From a phage: a stretch of DNA of 64,000 nucleotides. The stretch is taken from assembly GCA_012474735.1 (NCBI GenBank), contig GCA_012474735.1_4085.1. One strand, written 5' to 3'. Below, in pieces: positions 46,440 to 56,159 of the stretch (its first letter is position 1; each line of letters opens with the position of its first letter). The translations under genes and the position numbers were made by a program. The notes beneath the pieces were generated by a model, which did not search any database, was not told the origin of the DNA, and was given only the letters and a program-made list of their open reading frames with translations.

Positions 46440-47114
46440 TCAATAAAAAACTGGATCTTCTTCAGTAATTGGTATTTCTCTACGCACATCACACGAAAGA
46501 GGATCAGTAATGAATACATTCCCATCTTTATCCATCATCACATTACTTGAATGAATGTCTGGTACAAAACGCCCGTGAAACTCTTTCATGATGTTAGCAG
46601 CGACCGTTGCAATAGCAATCTCTTCAGAATTTCCACGCATATCATTCACTGAAGTTGCGTACTGACCAGCATGTGCATACGAATACAAATCTCCAATTTT
46701 AGTACTAACAAAGTCATCATAATTATTTTTTTGTTTAATTATAGGATAGTACTTGTCCATCTCATACCATCCAAAGTTTCCTTGTTCGTTTGCACTGTAG
46801 ATCACAGGAAGAAACTTGGTTCCTGCGTTTTCAATGCAGTACTTTGCATAAGCACGAAAACCATCCCAGCGTGAAGTGGTTACTTTAAATGCACGTCCAG
46901 AATAGTTTTTATGTTCAACTACTACAGAGTACATCCCCATTCCAAGCAAAGTAAGTCCAGCAGCTTTAACTTGTGGAAAGATTACGCGTTCAGCATAAGG
47001 AATATCAAACTCCATCGCACAACGAGTTTTTGATGGACGCAAAATGTCAATTAAAGTTTTGAATATTTCTTGCTTAGTCATTACTTTATCCTCTGTAGTT
47101 AATACCAACATCAT
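46440..47114 (-). CDS. protein kinase-like protein
   Basis: Gly-rich LLGMGMYSVV, AFKV, and DIHSSNVMMDKDGNVFITDP catalytic-loop-like segment. Confidence 0.4.
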   Translation of the reverse strand: MMLVLTTEDKVMTKQEIFKTLIDILRPSKTRCAMEFDIPYAERVIFPQVKAAGLTLLGMGMYSVVVEHKNYSGRAFKVTTSRWDGFRAYAKYCIENAGTKFLPVIYSANEQGNFGWYEMDKYYPIIKQKNNYDDFVSTKIGDLYSYAHAGQYATSVNDMRGNSEEIAIATVAANIMKEFHGRFVPDIHSSNVMMDKDGNVFITDPLSCDVRREIPITEEDPVFY

Positions 47115-47122
47115 AACAAAAA

Positions 47123-47143
47123 AGGCTGACCGAAGTCAACCCT
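47123..47143 (-). terminator. terminator hairpin (cassette family)
   Basis: GGCTGACCGAAGTCAACC with flanking A/T runs. Confidence 0.55.
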
Positions 47144-47150
47144 TTTATTA

Positions 47151-47570
47151 TCATTTACAGTTTTCTATAACTATTGCACGTTTTAGTATTTTACTTTCAT
47201 AAACATACTTAAGATGACCTTCTTCACGAATACGATTGAACACATATCCTAGTTTATCTTTTAGTACTGAAGCGGTATCAATGTCAAGATTAACTTCAAC
47301 CCCTCCTGTTAATTTAACTTTATATGTAAAGCTAAAAGCATCACCAGATTCAACCAATGGGACTACTTGTTCATACGTATTCAACATAACTCGTTCATCA
47401 TTAACTAAATTATATATTACTATATCACAAGTTTTTACCCCAATTTCCTCTAAGGTAGGAGCATTGTCTACTATAACATCTTTTACTGTATTAGCAACCT
47501 GTTTAGCATCTGCTGCATATACATTAAAACTAAAAAGTACTAAAATAATACTTAAAAAAATCTTTTTCAT
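47151..47570 (-). CDS. secreted hypothetical protein
   Basis: signal peptide MKKIFLSIILVLFSFNVYA. Confidence 0.55.
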   Translation of the reverse strand: MKKIFLSIILVLFSFNVYAADAKQVANTVKDVIVDNAPTLEEIGVKTCDIVIYNLVNDERVMLNTYEQVVPLVESGDAFSFTYKVKLTGGVEVNLDIDTASVLKDKLGYVFNRIREEGHLKYVYESKILKRAIVIENCK

Positions 47571-47579
47571 TATATATCC

Positions 47580-47909
47580 TTATTTTATTTTACACGTCAT
47601 ATCGGGTTGTGCTGGTTTATTATTTTTAAACGGATTAGGTTTTTTATCTTTCTTTTTATCTTTTAAAGGTTTTTTGTCTTCTTTTTTATCTTTATCTTTG
47701 TCTTTTTTATTTTTATCAGGTTCAGAGGGAGTATTACATTGTGCTGGGGGTTGATTAGTTGGAGTACAGCTATTGTCTGATGGGAGTATTACTTCGTTAC
47801 AATTGTAAAATAGTAAACTTTTATTTGTGGTTAAATTATGAAAACGATAGTTACGTTCATTATTATAATAAATTGTTTTAGTACTTTCAATGTCATTACA
47901 CATTGCCAC
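47580..47909 (-). CDS. Lys/Asp-rich low-complexity protein
   Basis: KDKDKDKKEDKKPLKDKKKDKK tract. Confidence 0.45.
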   Translation of the reverse strand: MAMCNDIESTKTIYYNNERNYRFHNLTTNKSLLFYNCNEVILPSDNSCTPTNQPPAQCNTPSEPDKNKKDKDKDKKEDKKPLKDKKKDKKPNPFKNNKPAQPDMTCKIK

Positions 47910-47913
47910 GGAA

Positions 47914-48165
47914 TCACCGAAACTCTTTTTCTATTCCCATTACATCAGTCTTACGCTCAGATAGTATACCTGAAGTATATGAATCTTTGTTGTCAAACGC
48001 ATTAAATCCAATAGTTCTGTCGGTGTCGTGTATTATTCCTTTTGTGTATGAGGTAGTATAGAACTCCCCATTTCTGAAATCCTGCCTTGCTACGGAGCAA
48101 TGATAATCTGCACCATAAGCAGTACTGGAAAATAATACAATTCCAAATATAATATATTTTTTCAT
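47914..48165 (-). CDS. secreted hypothetical protein
   Basis: trimmed to MKKYIIFGIVLFSSTAYG signal-peptide start. Confidence 0.5.
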   Translation of the reverse strand: MKKYIIFGIVLFSSTAYGADYHCSVARQDFRNGEFYTTSYTKGIIHDTDRTIGFNAFDNKDSYTSGILSERKTDVMGIEKEFR

Positions 48166-48208
48166 TGTAATCCCTCTTCTTAATTCCTCTTTTGTATTTA
48201 CAAAAAAA

Positions 48209-48228
48209 AGGCTGACCGAAGTCAACCT
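48209..48228 (-). terminator. terminator hairpin (cassette family)
   Basis: AGGCTGACCGAAGTCAACCT after stop of 48238..49782. Confidence 0.55.
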
Positions 48229-48237
48229 TTAGTTTTA

Positions 48238-49782
48238 TCATTTACCGTATTTGCTCATGATGTCCTTTTCCCAATGAGTTACGTTACCGTTATCGTAATC
48301 TTTAAAGGAATTATCAAGAGTAGTTAATGCATATTCGTATGCTTCAGGTGATTCAATGTCAACATCATCAGCACCATTTACTAAATCAGTCCATGCTTTT
48401 TGTAGTTTACGAGCATTTTTACCAACATTACTTTTAATCCAACTAATGTTTTTGTTGATACTCTTATTATCAGCACCAGCTTTTTTACCAATATCGGATA
48501 TCCACATCATTAGCTTTTGGAGTTCATGAATGGAGTTGTCGTTCATTTCACGATCTTTAGCCAATTCTGCTTCCATGCCATCAGTATCAGTACCATCTTT
48601 AGAACCTACATCAATTCCATGTTTAGCTAATAGTTTACCAAGTTCAAAGAATGCTGCCTCAGCAGGGAAGTCATAACCTTTGTCTTTGTAGTTGTTCCAT
48701 GCACTATCAAACTCATCTACAAATCGGTTGGCATAATCTGGATTGTCCACGAGAGCTTTGTACACTGCCATTGCATGTTCAAATCCTTCTTTGTCAGAAC
48801 CAAACTCTCCCATTTCTGGACGATGAATGTAACCATCCATATCAACAGTATCAGGTAAATCATCATGAGATGTTTCAGCATCTTTCTGGTCAACTGCACC
48901 TTCTTCATCTGCACGAACTAAGTAACCATCTTTTGATACTTTCTCACCATGTTCAGCTTCATACTTTTTCATAGTATTGAATGCAGAATTCATAACAGTG
49001 ATGAATCGAGACTTCTCACCTGGTGAGTAAGAATCTAATGCTGCTTTAATAGCATCATGTACTAATTGAATCTTATCATCTTTGCCTTCAAGACGATTTT
49101 CTAACTTAGCAAGAACATTCTTAACTTGCTGGGCGTTAGCACGGTCTTCTTTACCTATACGGTTAACAGTATGGAGGATGCTTTCAAGACTTGCTTCTTC
49201 AGCAGTCGCTTCTTCTTGACCTTCAAGTGCACGCATGATAGTACTGAATACTTCAGTTGGTTCAGTACTGGTATTTCCACTCATTGCATCAAGTACAGCT
49301 TGTGCTTTGACTTTTAATTCTTCTTTAGGTACAGATTGCAATTCTTTCACAATACCTTGGATAAGTTGTGGTTTATTAGCAAAAATCTTACCTAACTTAT
49401 CAGACAATTCTTTGACAGGGTTAACCGCCTTTGGTGCTTCTTGTTTTGGTTCTTCTTTCGCAGGAGAAGACTTTTCTTTTTCTTCACGTTCCATATCAGC
49501 TAGGCGTTGTTTTTGTGTAGCATTAAGAAGTCCCAATGAATTAACATAACGTAGCTTTTCTAGCTCAGTCATGTTCTCAGTACTCTTAACTTCACCTGCT
49601 TCTGCGTTTGCTTTACCAGCTAGACCAGTTCCTTGGTTACGTGATCCACGTGAACCTTGACCTGCTTGATAACTATTTGGTCGGCGGTTGCGTTCACTCC
49701 ATTTATCAGAGTGACCAGCCATGTTACCACCATTTTTATCAGTAAAATTACTTGGCATTTGATTTCTCTCCATAGATTTCAT
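48238..49782 (-). CDS. large hypothetical protein (514 aa)
   Basis: Gly/Ser/Asn-rich N-term then charged helical body; TATAAATA (T4 late-promoter-like) in upstream region. Confidence 0.55.
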   Translation of the reverse strand: MKSMERNQMPSNFTDKNGGNMAGHSDKWSERNRRPNSYQAGQGSRGSRNQGTGLAGKANAEAGEVKSTENMTELEKLRYVNSLGLLNATQKQRLADMEREEKEKSSPAKEEPKQEAPKAVNPVKELSDKLGKIFANKPQLIQGIVKELQSVPKEELKVKAQAVLDAMSGNTSTEPTEVFSTIMRALEGQEEATAEEASLESILHTVNRIGKEDRANAQQVKNVLAKLENRLEGKDDKIQLVHDAIKAALDSYSPGEKSRFITVMNSAFNTMKKYEAEHGEKVSKDGYLVRADEEGAVDQKDAETSHDDLPDTVDMDGYIHRPEMGEFGSDKEGFEHAMAVYKALVDNPDYANRFVDEFDSAWNNYKDKGYDFPAEAAFFELGKLLAKHGIDVGSKDGTDTDGMEAELAKDREMNDNSIHELQKLMMWISDIGKKAGADNKSINKNISWIKSNVGKNARKLQKAWTDLVNGADDVDIESPEAYEYALTTLDNSFKDYDNGNVTHWEKDIMSKYGK

Positions 49783-49818
49783 TTTTTTCTCTATGTCTAT
49801 ATTTATAGTATAAAGAAA

Positions 49819-49838
49819 AGGCTGACCGAAGTCAACCT
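49819..49838 (-). terminator. terminator hairpin (cassette family)
   Basis: AGGCTGACCGAAGTCAACCT. Confidence 0.55.
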
Positions 49839-49845
49839 TATTTTG

Positions 49846-49959
49846 TTACTTAGATTGTTCTTGTGCAGGTGGATTTACTTTTTGATCCACTACATAGAAT
49901 ACACCACCAACCAGTACTGCGGCGATGAGTGCAGCAACTACAAATTTTAAACCTTGCAT
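49846..49959 (-). CDS. small membrane peptide (37 aa)
   Basis: found by eye; MQGLKFVVAALIAAVLVGGVFYVV. Confidence 0.3.
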   Translation of the reverse strand: MQGLKFVVAALIAAVLVGGVFYVVDQKVNPPAQEQSK

Positions 49960-50000
49960 ATATGATACCTCAGTTATATTGAGAAGTTATGATACAACAA

Positions 50001-50022
50001 AGGGCTGACCTTAGTCAACCCT
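50001..50022 (-). terminator. terminator hairpin (cassette family)
   Basis: AGGGCTGAC-CTTA-GTCAACCCT plus T-run. Confidence 0.55.
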
Positions 50023-50027
50023 TTTTA

Positions 50028-50411
50028 TTACTTCTTGAACTTATGTTTTTCACTTTCGATTGCATTCACGATTTCATCATGAATTTTACGAAGATTGTGA
50101 GTTTTCTTTAGAGATTCATGTAATGCACGGAATGCAGAGTGTACAGTTGCTTTAAAGTGCTCTTTAGGAGTTACTTTAAGTTTCTCGATAATATCACGTA
50201 CATAGATTGGGTGATCCTCAAACACACGATTAAGCTCATGACCTAGTGATTCTAGGCTAAATGCTTTTTCACGGGATGGACGATCATGTGCAAGACTTTG
50301 GTCTGGTTTTAGAAGACCTAGTGAATCTAGATACTTGTGCTTATGTGCATTGTCTAGACCAGAAATATCAACATCATGTGATGGATCTTTCTTATTCCAT
50401 TTATCAACCAT
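50028..50411 (-). CDS. hypothetical protein (127 aa)
   Basis: shares Y-x-x-SLGLL motif with N-terminal region of 48238..49782. Confidence 0.5.
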   Translation of the reverse strand: MVDKWNKKDPSHDVDISGLDNAHKHKYLDSLGLLKPDQSLAHDRPSREKAFSLESLGHELNRVFEDHPIYVRDIIEKLKVTPKEHFKATVHSAFRALHESLKKTHNLRKIHDEIVNAIESEKHKFKK

Positions 50412-50526
50412 TTTTATAACTCCTATAAGAGATAAATTTTACTATAATATTTATAGTTCCGTTGTCATTTATATCGAATGACATAAAACATTATATCATA
50501 ATAAGAATGGTTGTCCCAAAGTTAAA

Positions 50527-50970
50527 TTAGTACTGATCAAGTTCAGATGTAAAAATGAATGCATCCATGTCTTCCAACGTAAGTTTTAAGTCTGGTACAT
50601 ACTTAAGAATAACGCACTCTGGCTTCTTAATAGCAGCTTGATAAGCAGCAATGGCAAGGGATTCCAATTGCTGTGCTGTATAATTTTTACGTTCTGCATT
50701 AAAAACTTTGTTTTTGATATCACCACCTGGGAGTTTTTCAAACTCACGCATAACTGCGGTAAGAACATCGTCAGCAGTGTTACTATATACCCATTGGGGT
50801 AATTGCATTACATTATAAATCACACCACTATCATCCATCAAAGAGATCCATTTGTACCCATCACTAGCACTGAACAAACGCCCTTTTAGTACTGTGTTAT
50901 TAGTTAAATTTACAAATGCAAAAATATCTTGTTCGTTAAGTTCAATACTATTAACATTTACCCAACTCAT
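50527..50970 (-). CDS. hypothetical protein (147 aa)
   Basis: trimmed to MSWVNVN start. Confidence 0.5.
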   Translation of the reverse strand: MSWVNVNSIELNEQDIFAFVNLTNNTVLKGRLFSASDGYKWISLMDDSGVIYNVMQLPQWVYSNTADDVLTAVMREFEKLPGGDIKNKVFNAERKNYTAQQLESLAIAAYQAAIKKPECVILKYVPDLKLTLEDMDAFIFTSELDQY

Positions 50971-50983
50971 TACGATTCCCCAT

Positions 50984-51580
50984 TCATAAATCACGAACAA
51001 TATTCATTAAACACAATTTAGGTTTTATAGCATTCAACACCCATATGCATTCTTTGTAAGTAGCTATTATATCATCTAAATGCTCAGTTACAATGCTTTC
51101 TTGAAAATATTCTTCATCATTGAGCTTTGCTAATTTAGTAACATCACACGTAGGCACTATAGGTCTGGATTGTACACCCATTCCATTATTGATATTAGTG
51201 AAATGTACAAAATGGTACTTCACAACACCTTTATCTAGATTTATTATACATGACAAATTTTCCAACTCAGTTAGTTTTTTATTACAAGTAACATTAATGA
51301 AACCAGCATTATAGGCTCTATAATCATCTACTGATATCTCAAAATCATTACGTTCAAATATAAGTGAAATGAGTTGGTCCAGTGGTTTGACATTCATATA
51401 TTTTAATGAATTTACGTATGATACTTCAATCTTAGATGAAATTATCTTTTTACTAAGTGCAGTTAAATCTTTGTTAGATTTAACTGTTAAAACAATAGGT
51501 TTAAACCTAGAACTTTTGTTCTTTTTTGATACTTTAAAACGACCTTTACGATTCATAATTTCCTCAATTAATAATTTCAC
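50984..51580 (-). CDS. hypothetical protein (198 aa)
   Basis: ORF. Confidence 0.5.
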   Translation of the reverse strand: MKLLIEEIMNRKGRFKVSKKNKSSRFKPIVLTVKSNKDLTALSKKIISSKIEVSYVNSLKYMNVKPLDQLISLIFERNDFEISVDDYRAYNAGFINVTCNKKLTELENLSCIINLDKGVVKYHFVHFTNINNGMGVQSRPIVPTCDVTKLAKLNDEEYFQESIVTEHLDDIIATYKECIWVLNAIKPKLCLMNIVRDL

Positions 51581-51785
51581 ATTTAACGTGTGGTTTATAT
51601 AGCATAATTAACCCATTTTTAAGTACAATGATTGTTGCTCTGTTAGTAATCGAAACGTTTTTAATTATACTTTTTTTATATGTTTCAACATATTTCTCTT
51701 CATAATTTATACATTTAACATATTCTTTTTGTTTAGCACTTACAACAGTACTGAATAATATCAGTACAAGTACTATATATTTCAT
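51564..51785 (-). CDS. secreted small protein
   Basis: signal peptide MKYIVLVLILFSTVVSA. Confidence 0.5.
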   Translation of the reverse strand: MKYIVLVLILFSTVVSAKQKEYVKCINYEEKYVETYKKSIIKNVSITNRATIIVLKNGLIMLYKPHVKCEIIN

Positions 51786-51837
51786 TACTATACCTTATAA
51801 ACAAAAAGGAATTCATTTAAGAATTCCTATTTTACAA

Positions 51838-52131
51838 TCATTTATCTAACATACCATTGTGCAAACGTTCATATACTTCAGTTCGACGCAAATTAACAAT
51901 ATCTTCTGCGTATTTTAATGTAAATGCCCATGCTTTTGGATGTACGTTAAGCTTCATACGAATTCGATTTTTCATCAACTCTCCACTTAAACGAATAAAT
52001 TCGTGTACACCACGACTACCGTATTCAGTAATTAAATCATTAATGTACATATCACGAAGAGTTTCATCTGCACATTCTTTAACCATTTCTACGTCAGCGA
52101 CGATGCTTTCATTAACTGAAGTACTGATCAT
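51838..52131 (-). CDS. hypothetical protein (97 aa)
   Basis: ORF. Confidence 0.5.
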   Translation of the reverse strand: MISTSVNESIVADVEMVKECADETLRDMYINDLITEYGSRGVHEFIRLSGELMKNRIRMKLNVHPKAWAFTLKYAEDIVNLRRTEVYERLHNGMLDK

Positions 52132-52143
52132 TTTTAATTTACC

Positions 52144-52410
52144 TTATTTAAATTCGACTGTAATTTTATCACCTTCAACTACGAACTTACAGTTGTAGCG
52201 ACGTGCCATATCCATGTACATATGCTCAGAGTACCAAGGAACATCAATAATCGGATGCTCTGCATATTGTAGAACTTCACGGTCGCCCACTGTAGTAATG
52301 ATGAAAGGAATGTTCATCTCTCGTAAAAACAGTTCAGCACCAGGAGAACGATTAATAAATTCAGTATCATTACGTAAAGTAAATCCATTATATTGTAATT
52401 TAAGCTTCAT
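52144..52410 (-). CDS. hypothetical protein (88 aa)
   Basis: ORF. Confidence 0.5.
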   Translation of the reverse strand: MKLKLQYNGFTLRNDTEFINRSPGAELFLREMNIPFIITTVGDREVLQYAEHPIIDVPWYSEHMYMDMARRYNCKFVVEGDKITVEFK

Positions 52411-52424
52411 ATGTTATCCTCTAT

Positions 52425-52769
52425 TCAATACCATTCTTTAAAACCATTAAGTTCGGCTACGTGAGTGATTATAACACATATAACATTCAGGTCAAGTATA
52501 ATTTGATCATAATTTAATTTTATACGATCATCATTATATGCTCTAAAAACTACATCGTAATCAAAGAAATTTGCGTTTTCATCATTCATTGAAACGATTC
52601 GGTATCTACGTCTTCCATCTGTATTGAATATAGTTAAACACTGTTGAAACTTTCTCATTAACTGTTTAGATAGGATATTATAATATTCAATATCTTTTTG
52701 TGAATTACGTGGGTCATCAGGAAGATAGAATGAAACAAATTTCTTTAATTCTATTTGAGTTTTATCCAT
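52425..52769 (-). CDS. hypothetical protein (114 aa)
   Basis: ORF. Confidence 0.5.
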   Translation of the reverse strand: MDKTQIELKKFVSFYLPDDPRNSQKDIEYYNILSKQLMRKFQQCLTIFNTDGRRRYRIVSMNDENANFFDYDVVFRAYNDDRIKLNYDQIILDLNVICVIITHVAELNGFKEWY

Positions 52770-53202
52770 ATATTACCTCATGTGTTTCTCTTTTACTTTG
52801 TCGGAACTCATCCTTTGCTTCCTTAACTGACATGATACGAACTAATTTAGCACTACCGCAATAGTACTGAACCTGATTACGACCAATGTCTACATGGTGG
52901 TCTGGAACTTCATATACAGATATAGCAAACCCAGCACGATGCAATTTACCCAAGTCCATAGTGAAGAATCTGAACAAATCTTTCAAACTTTGACAGCCAA
53001 ATACCCATCCACTTTTGATTGAATAGATCCCATCCTCAGTTGGTTCAGGTTGGAATTGAGAAGGTGTAGTCATAAGCAAACGGTCAAATCCATTTTTAGT
53101 ACTGTATCTGGTTGAATACCGTGCAAACGGACCTACAGTTCGTGCAGGATCTAAGTTAGGTTCAATGTAACTAAATTTAAGTTCAAAACGATATACATAC
53201 AT
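52762..53202 (-). CDS. hypothetical protein (146 aa)
   Basis: ORF; cassette promoter upstream. Confidence 0.5.
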   Translation of the reverse strand: MYVYRFELKFSYIEPNLDPARTVGPFARYSTRYSTKNGFDRLLMTTPSQFQPEPTEDGIYSIKSGWVFGCQSLKDLFRFFTMDLGKLHRAGFAISVYEVPDHHVDIGRNQVQYYCGSAKLVRIMSVKEAKDEFRQSKRETHEVIYG

Positions 53203-53230
53203 AATTAAAATCCTCTAATTTATTAAGAGA

Positions 53231-53263
53231 ATTATAACAAAAAAGGCTGACCGAAGTCAACCT
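53231..53263 (-). promoter_or_regulatory. terminator-promoter cassette
   Basis: hairpin 53244..53263 with TTGACT -35 (53255..53260), 18-bp spacer, TATAAT (53231..53236). Confidence 0.6.
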
Positions 53264-53502
53264 TTGTTTTGAAGTTCTTGAACTAATTGTCGTACTTCGT
53301 TAATATTTTTACACTGCTTTACAGTGAAGTAATCATACTTACGACCATAGGTTCTTGGGTCATCACCTTCCATATACTGCTGCACATCAAAGATTTGTAA
53401 GTAGGGATGCTGCATAACACGAATATTATCACTTTGATAAATCAACATAATATCAATCCTTATATTTACACAAGCCACCAAAACTAGTTTCTTTAGCACC
53501 AC
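53257..53502 (-). CDS. hypothetical protein (81 aa)
   Basis: ORF. Confidence 0.45.
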   Translation of the reverse strand: MVLKKLVLVACVNIRIDIMLIYQSDNIRVMQHPYLQIFDVQQYMEGDDPRTYGRKYDYFTVKQCKNINEVRQLVQELQNKG

Positions 53503-53803
53503 GACGCATCATAACTAATTTAGCATATTGTGTGCCATTACTATCTTCATATACATCTACTTCAATAAACGCTAAGAAGTTAGGGTCTGTGTCGTTAGAA
53601 AACTCAGTGAAGCTAATGTCGCCTACTGTATGCTCTTTAACAAACGTATATGATTGTCCATCAATATATACAATATCTCGATCGTCACTATCACCTTGAT
53701 AGATATGTTTAATATTACCATCGGTACAAACTAAACCTTCCAATGGTTCAGCATATGACAATCCACACATTAACATACATACAAAAAATAAAATAATTTT
53801 CAT
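53453..53803 (-). CDS. secreted hypothetical protein
   Basis: signal peptide MKIILFFVCMLMCGLSYA. Confidence 0.5.
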   Translation of the reverse strand: MKIILFFVCMLMCGLSYAEPLEGLVCTDGNIKHIYQGDSDDRDIVYIDGQSYTFVKEHTVGDISFTEFSNDTDPNFLAFIEVDVYEDSNGTQYAKLVMMRRGAKETSFGGLCKYKD

Positions 53804-53805
53804 GA

Positions 53806-54183
53806 TTATTTTCCTCCAACGTTAAGTGATTTCTTGTACTGATATTCTTTATAAGTACTATACCATATATCACCAACGTAAATCAAGTACCACGTAGCAG
53901 GATAAAGAGCCAATCCAGTACTGATGTATACGAACTTTTGGTCAAGGACATCAAATACATACAGAAGGAAAGTTACTCCCATAATGCAAGAACAAATTAA
54001 CCACAAGTTATAAGCAATCGAATCGCAAGCAAAAATAGAATCAAGCTTAGAAATTAGGACATATTTGTTTGTTAAAATGAAATGAATTACTGCAACTAAA
54101 CAATATCCTGCCATAAAAATAGAAATTAAAAAAGACAGAATAATTGGAATATTCAACAACAAAAGTAAAATAGTGTTTACCAT
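53806..54183 (-). CDS. multi-TM membrane protein (125 aa)
   Basis: hydrophobic segments. Confidence 0.5.
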   Translation of the reverse strand: MVNTILLLLLNIPIILSFLISIFMAGYCLVAVIHFILTNKYVLISKLDSIFACDSIAYNLWLICSCIMGVTFLLYVFDVLDQKFVYISTGLALYPATWYLIYVGDIWYSTYKEYQYKKSLNVGGK

Positions 54184-54193
54184 TTTTTAAGTC

Positions 54194-54553
54194 CTATATT
54201 TCACAGTGTAAGTTCAATTTATCTATATCTAGGTCACGGCGTACCGATGAGTCCAAGTAAATTACTATATAGATATCACCATTACCAGTTCTTGGGTCTA
54301 CAATTAATATTACGTTTGCTAATGTACCAGAATCATCTCTATAAGTCGAGATTTTTTTATTACCGATAATACTTTCTACTTTAAAACGATAAATCACACC
54401 ATCAACAACTATATTTTTACCATTTCTAGGGTCGTTAGTCAATACATGCCACGTTCCCTTAGTACTACGACAATATGTTTCTGCTGCTGCACCATAACTA
54501 AAACATGAAAATAATGCACACACAAGTGCTATTAATTTTATATAACTCTTCAT
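54194..54553 (-). CDS. secreted hypothetical protein
   Basis: signal peptide MKSYIKLIALVCALFSCFSYGAAA. Confidence 0.5.
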   Translation of the reverse strand: MKSYIKLIALVCALFSCFSYGAAAETYCRSTKGTWHVLTNDPRNGKNIVVDGVIYRFKVESIIGNKKISTYRDDSGTLANVILIVDPRTGNGDIYIVIYLDSSVRRDLDIDKLNLHCEI

Positions 54554-54631
54554 AACAAACCTCTAACGAGAAATACTTCTGTACTATATATATGTACAGA
54601 AGTATTTAATACTATAGAGATATTTTCACTG

Positions 54632-54958
54632 TTACATCTTATTCGTGAACTTGAATTTGATAATATCAATCCAAATTTTAACATTTCCTGCAAATAGTGC
54701 TTTGATTAGCCACATAATTGCAACAAAGTTCTCAACTAAATCCAAAGTTTTAACTACTGCACCGAGTGGGAAGATAAAACTCAAAACCCATACAATTACT
54801 GAAACCACAACGACTGCATAGAAAATACGCACAATCGGTGAATCAAGCATAAACAACTCAGAGAACTCTTTTTTATCATTATCATCAGTAATGAAGCATT
54901 CGTAAACCAGAAGCCAAATCAGAATTAAAGACGGAATTGAAATTAGTACTGATAGCAT
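54632..54958 (-). CDS. multi-TM membrane protein (108 aa)
   Basis: hydrophobic segments. Confidence 0.5.
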   Translation of the reverse strand: MLSVLISIPSLILIWLLVYECFITDDNDKKEFSELFMLDSPIVRIFYAVVVVSVIVWVLSFIFPLGAVVKTLDLVENFVAIMWLIKALFAGNVKIWIDIIKFKFTNKM

Positions 54959-55015
54959 ATTTTTTACCTCAAGTTTAAGTGTTAAGTTTCAGACTACAGG
55001 AACCATTATACAGTA

Positions 55016-55258
55016 CTACGAACGTTTGTCAACATTTGTTTCTTCAATAAGCATAAGATAACTTAACACGAAGAGTAATACCGAAATAATATCAATAACT
55101 GTAAAGCTCACTGGAATGATAATAGAAACCAGTACTAATGCCACGTTTAGCAAGAATACAGTAGTGAGATCTACCATCGTTCGTCTAGTGGCTAATGCCA
55201 CTAGTGTAGGATAGAACATAAACAATAGTGCAACAACAAAACTTAGTACTAGATACAT
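55016..55258 (-). CDS. small membrane protein (80 aa)
   Basis: hydrophobic. Confidence 0.45.
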   Translation of the reverse strand: MYLVLSFVVALLFMFYPTLVALATRRTMVDLTTVFLLNVALVLVSIIIPVSFTVIDIISVLLFVLSYLMLIEETNVDKRS

Positions 55259-55929
55259 TTCTTTTTCACCTTAATAAAATTATAACACAAAACCACATCA
55301 ACATCTGGCTCATCATACAAGTACTCAAAACGTTCTTTACTTCGTTTAGTACCGATATACTCACCATTCTTATGCCAACGCCATCCACCATCCTTTGGTT
55401 GTTCAGACTTCAGTACTGGGTGATAGCACAGGACAATTTCTTCTGGACCTTCAATTAGGTTCTTGTACTTATTCATAATCTGTTCAAGCGTATCTGCTAC
55501 ACCATAAGATGGATGCATAAGATAAGACTCAGGACGTGGACGTCCACTTGGTAGAATATCATCAGTACTATTAAAGATAGCACGGAAGTCTTCAGATGTG
55601 TATAGACTTCCATCTTCATGGATCATTGGGTATTCATCCACGACATCGTAATCAGTGAAGTGTTCAATTGCATGTGCAGGTCGATAACCTGCAAGGATAC
55701 CTGCATGTTTAGTCTGGACAATAGTCATAACAGATGTATTGTTGTTTACATTTGGATCATGAATTTCAGCCCAAAACGGATGATTTGGATCAAAAGTTGC
55801 ATTTACCAATGTACACTCACCAATGTAGTCAAACATAGTTTCCTTGAAGTTTAAAGAAACTCCACGTAATGCCCAGTCAGGTGAAGTGATGAAATTAAGA
55901 TTAACTAACATAAGTATCCTCAGATGCAA
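55249..55929 (-). CDS. hypothetical protein (226 aa)
   Basis: ORF. Confidence 0.5.
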   Translation of the reverse strand: MHLRILMLVNLNFITSPDWALRGVSLNFKETMFDYIGECTLVNATFDPNHPFWAEIHDPNVNNNTSVMTIVQTKHAGILAGYRPAHAIEHFTDYDVVDEYPMIHEDGSLYTSEDFRAIFNSTDDILPSGRPRPESYLMHPSYGVADTLEQIMNKYKNLIEGPEEIVLCYHPVLKSEQPKDGGWRWHKNGEYIGTKRSKERFEYLYDEPDVDVVLCYNFIKVKKKCI

Positions 55930-55943
55930 TTTTTTTGATGTGG

Positions 55944-56159
55944 TTATTGTATCAAAGATGTATCGATTTGTACAACATTTATTGTAACTATTTCGTACAT
56001 ATAGTCAGGTGCATTGAACTCAGCATACCACTCAATGATCTCACAAGCAGCATCAACTTGGTTGTTCGCATTAACACGTCTTGCATAGGTACTAGACATT
56101 TTATATCTACCATTTACATACACGTTATATACACCATGACACCACCACATCTTAGTCAT
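55944..56159 (-). CDS. hypothetical protein (71 aa)
   Basis: ORF. Confidence 0.45.
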   Translation of the reverse strand: MTKMWWCHGVYNVYVNGRYKMSSTYARRVNANNQVDAACEIIEWYAEFNAPDYMYEIVTINVVQIDTSLIQ

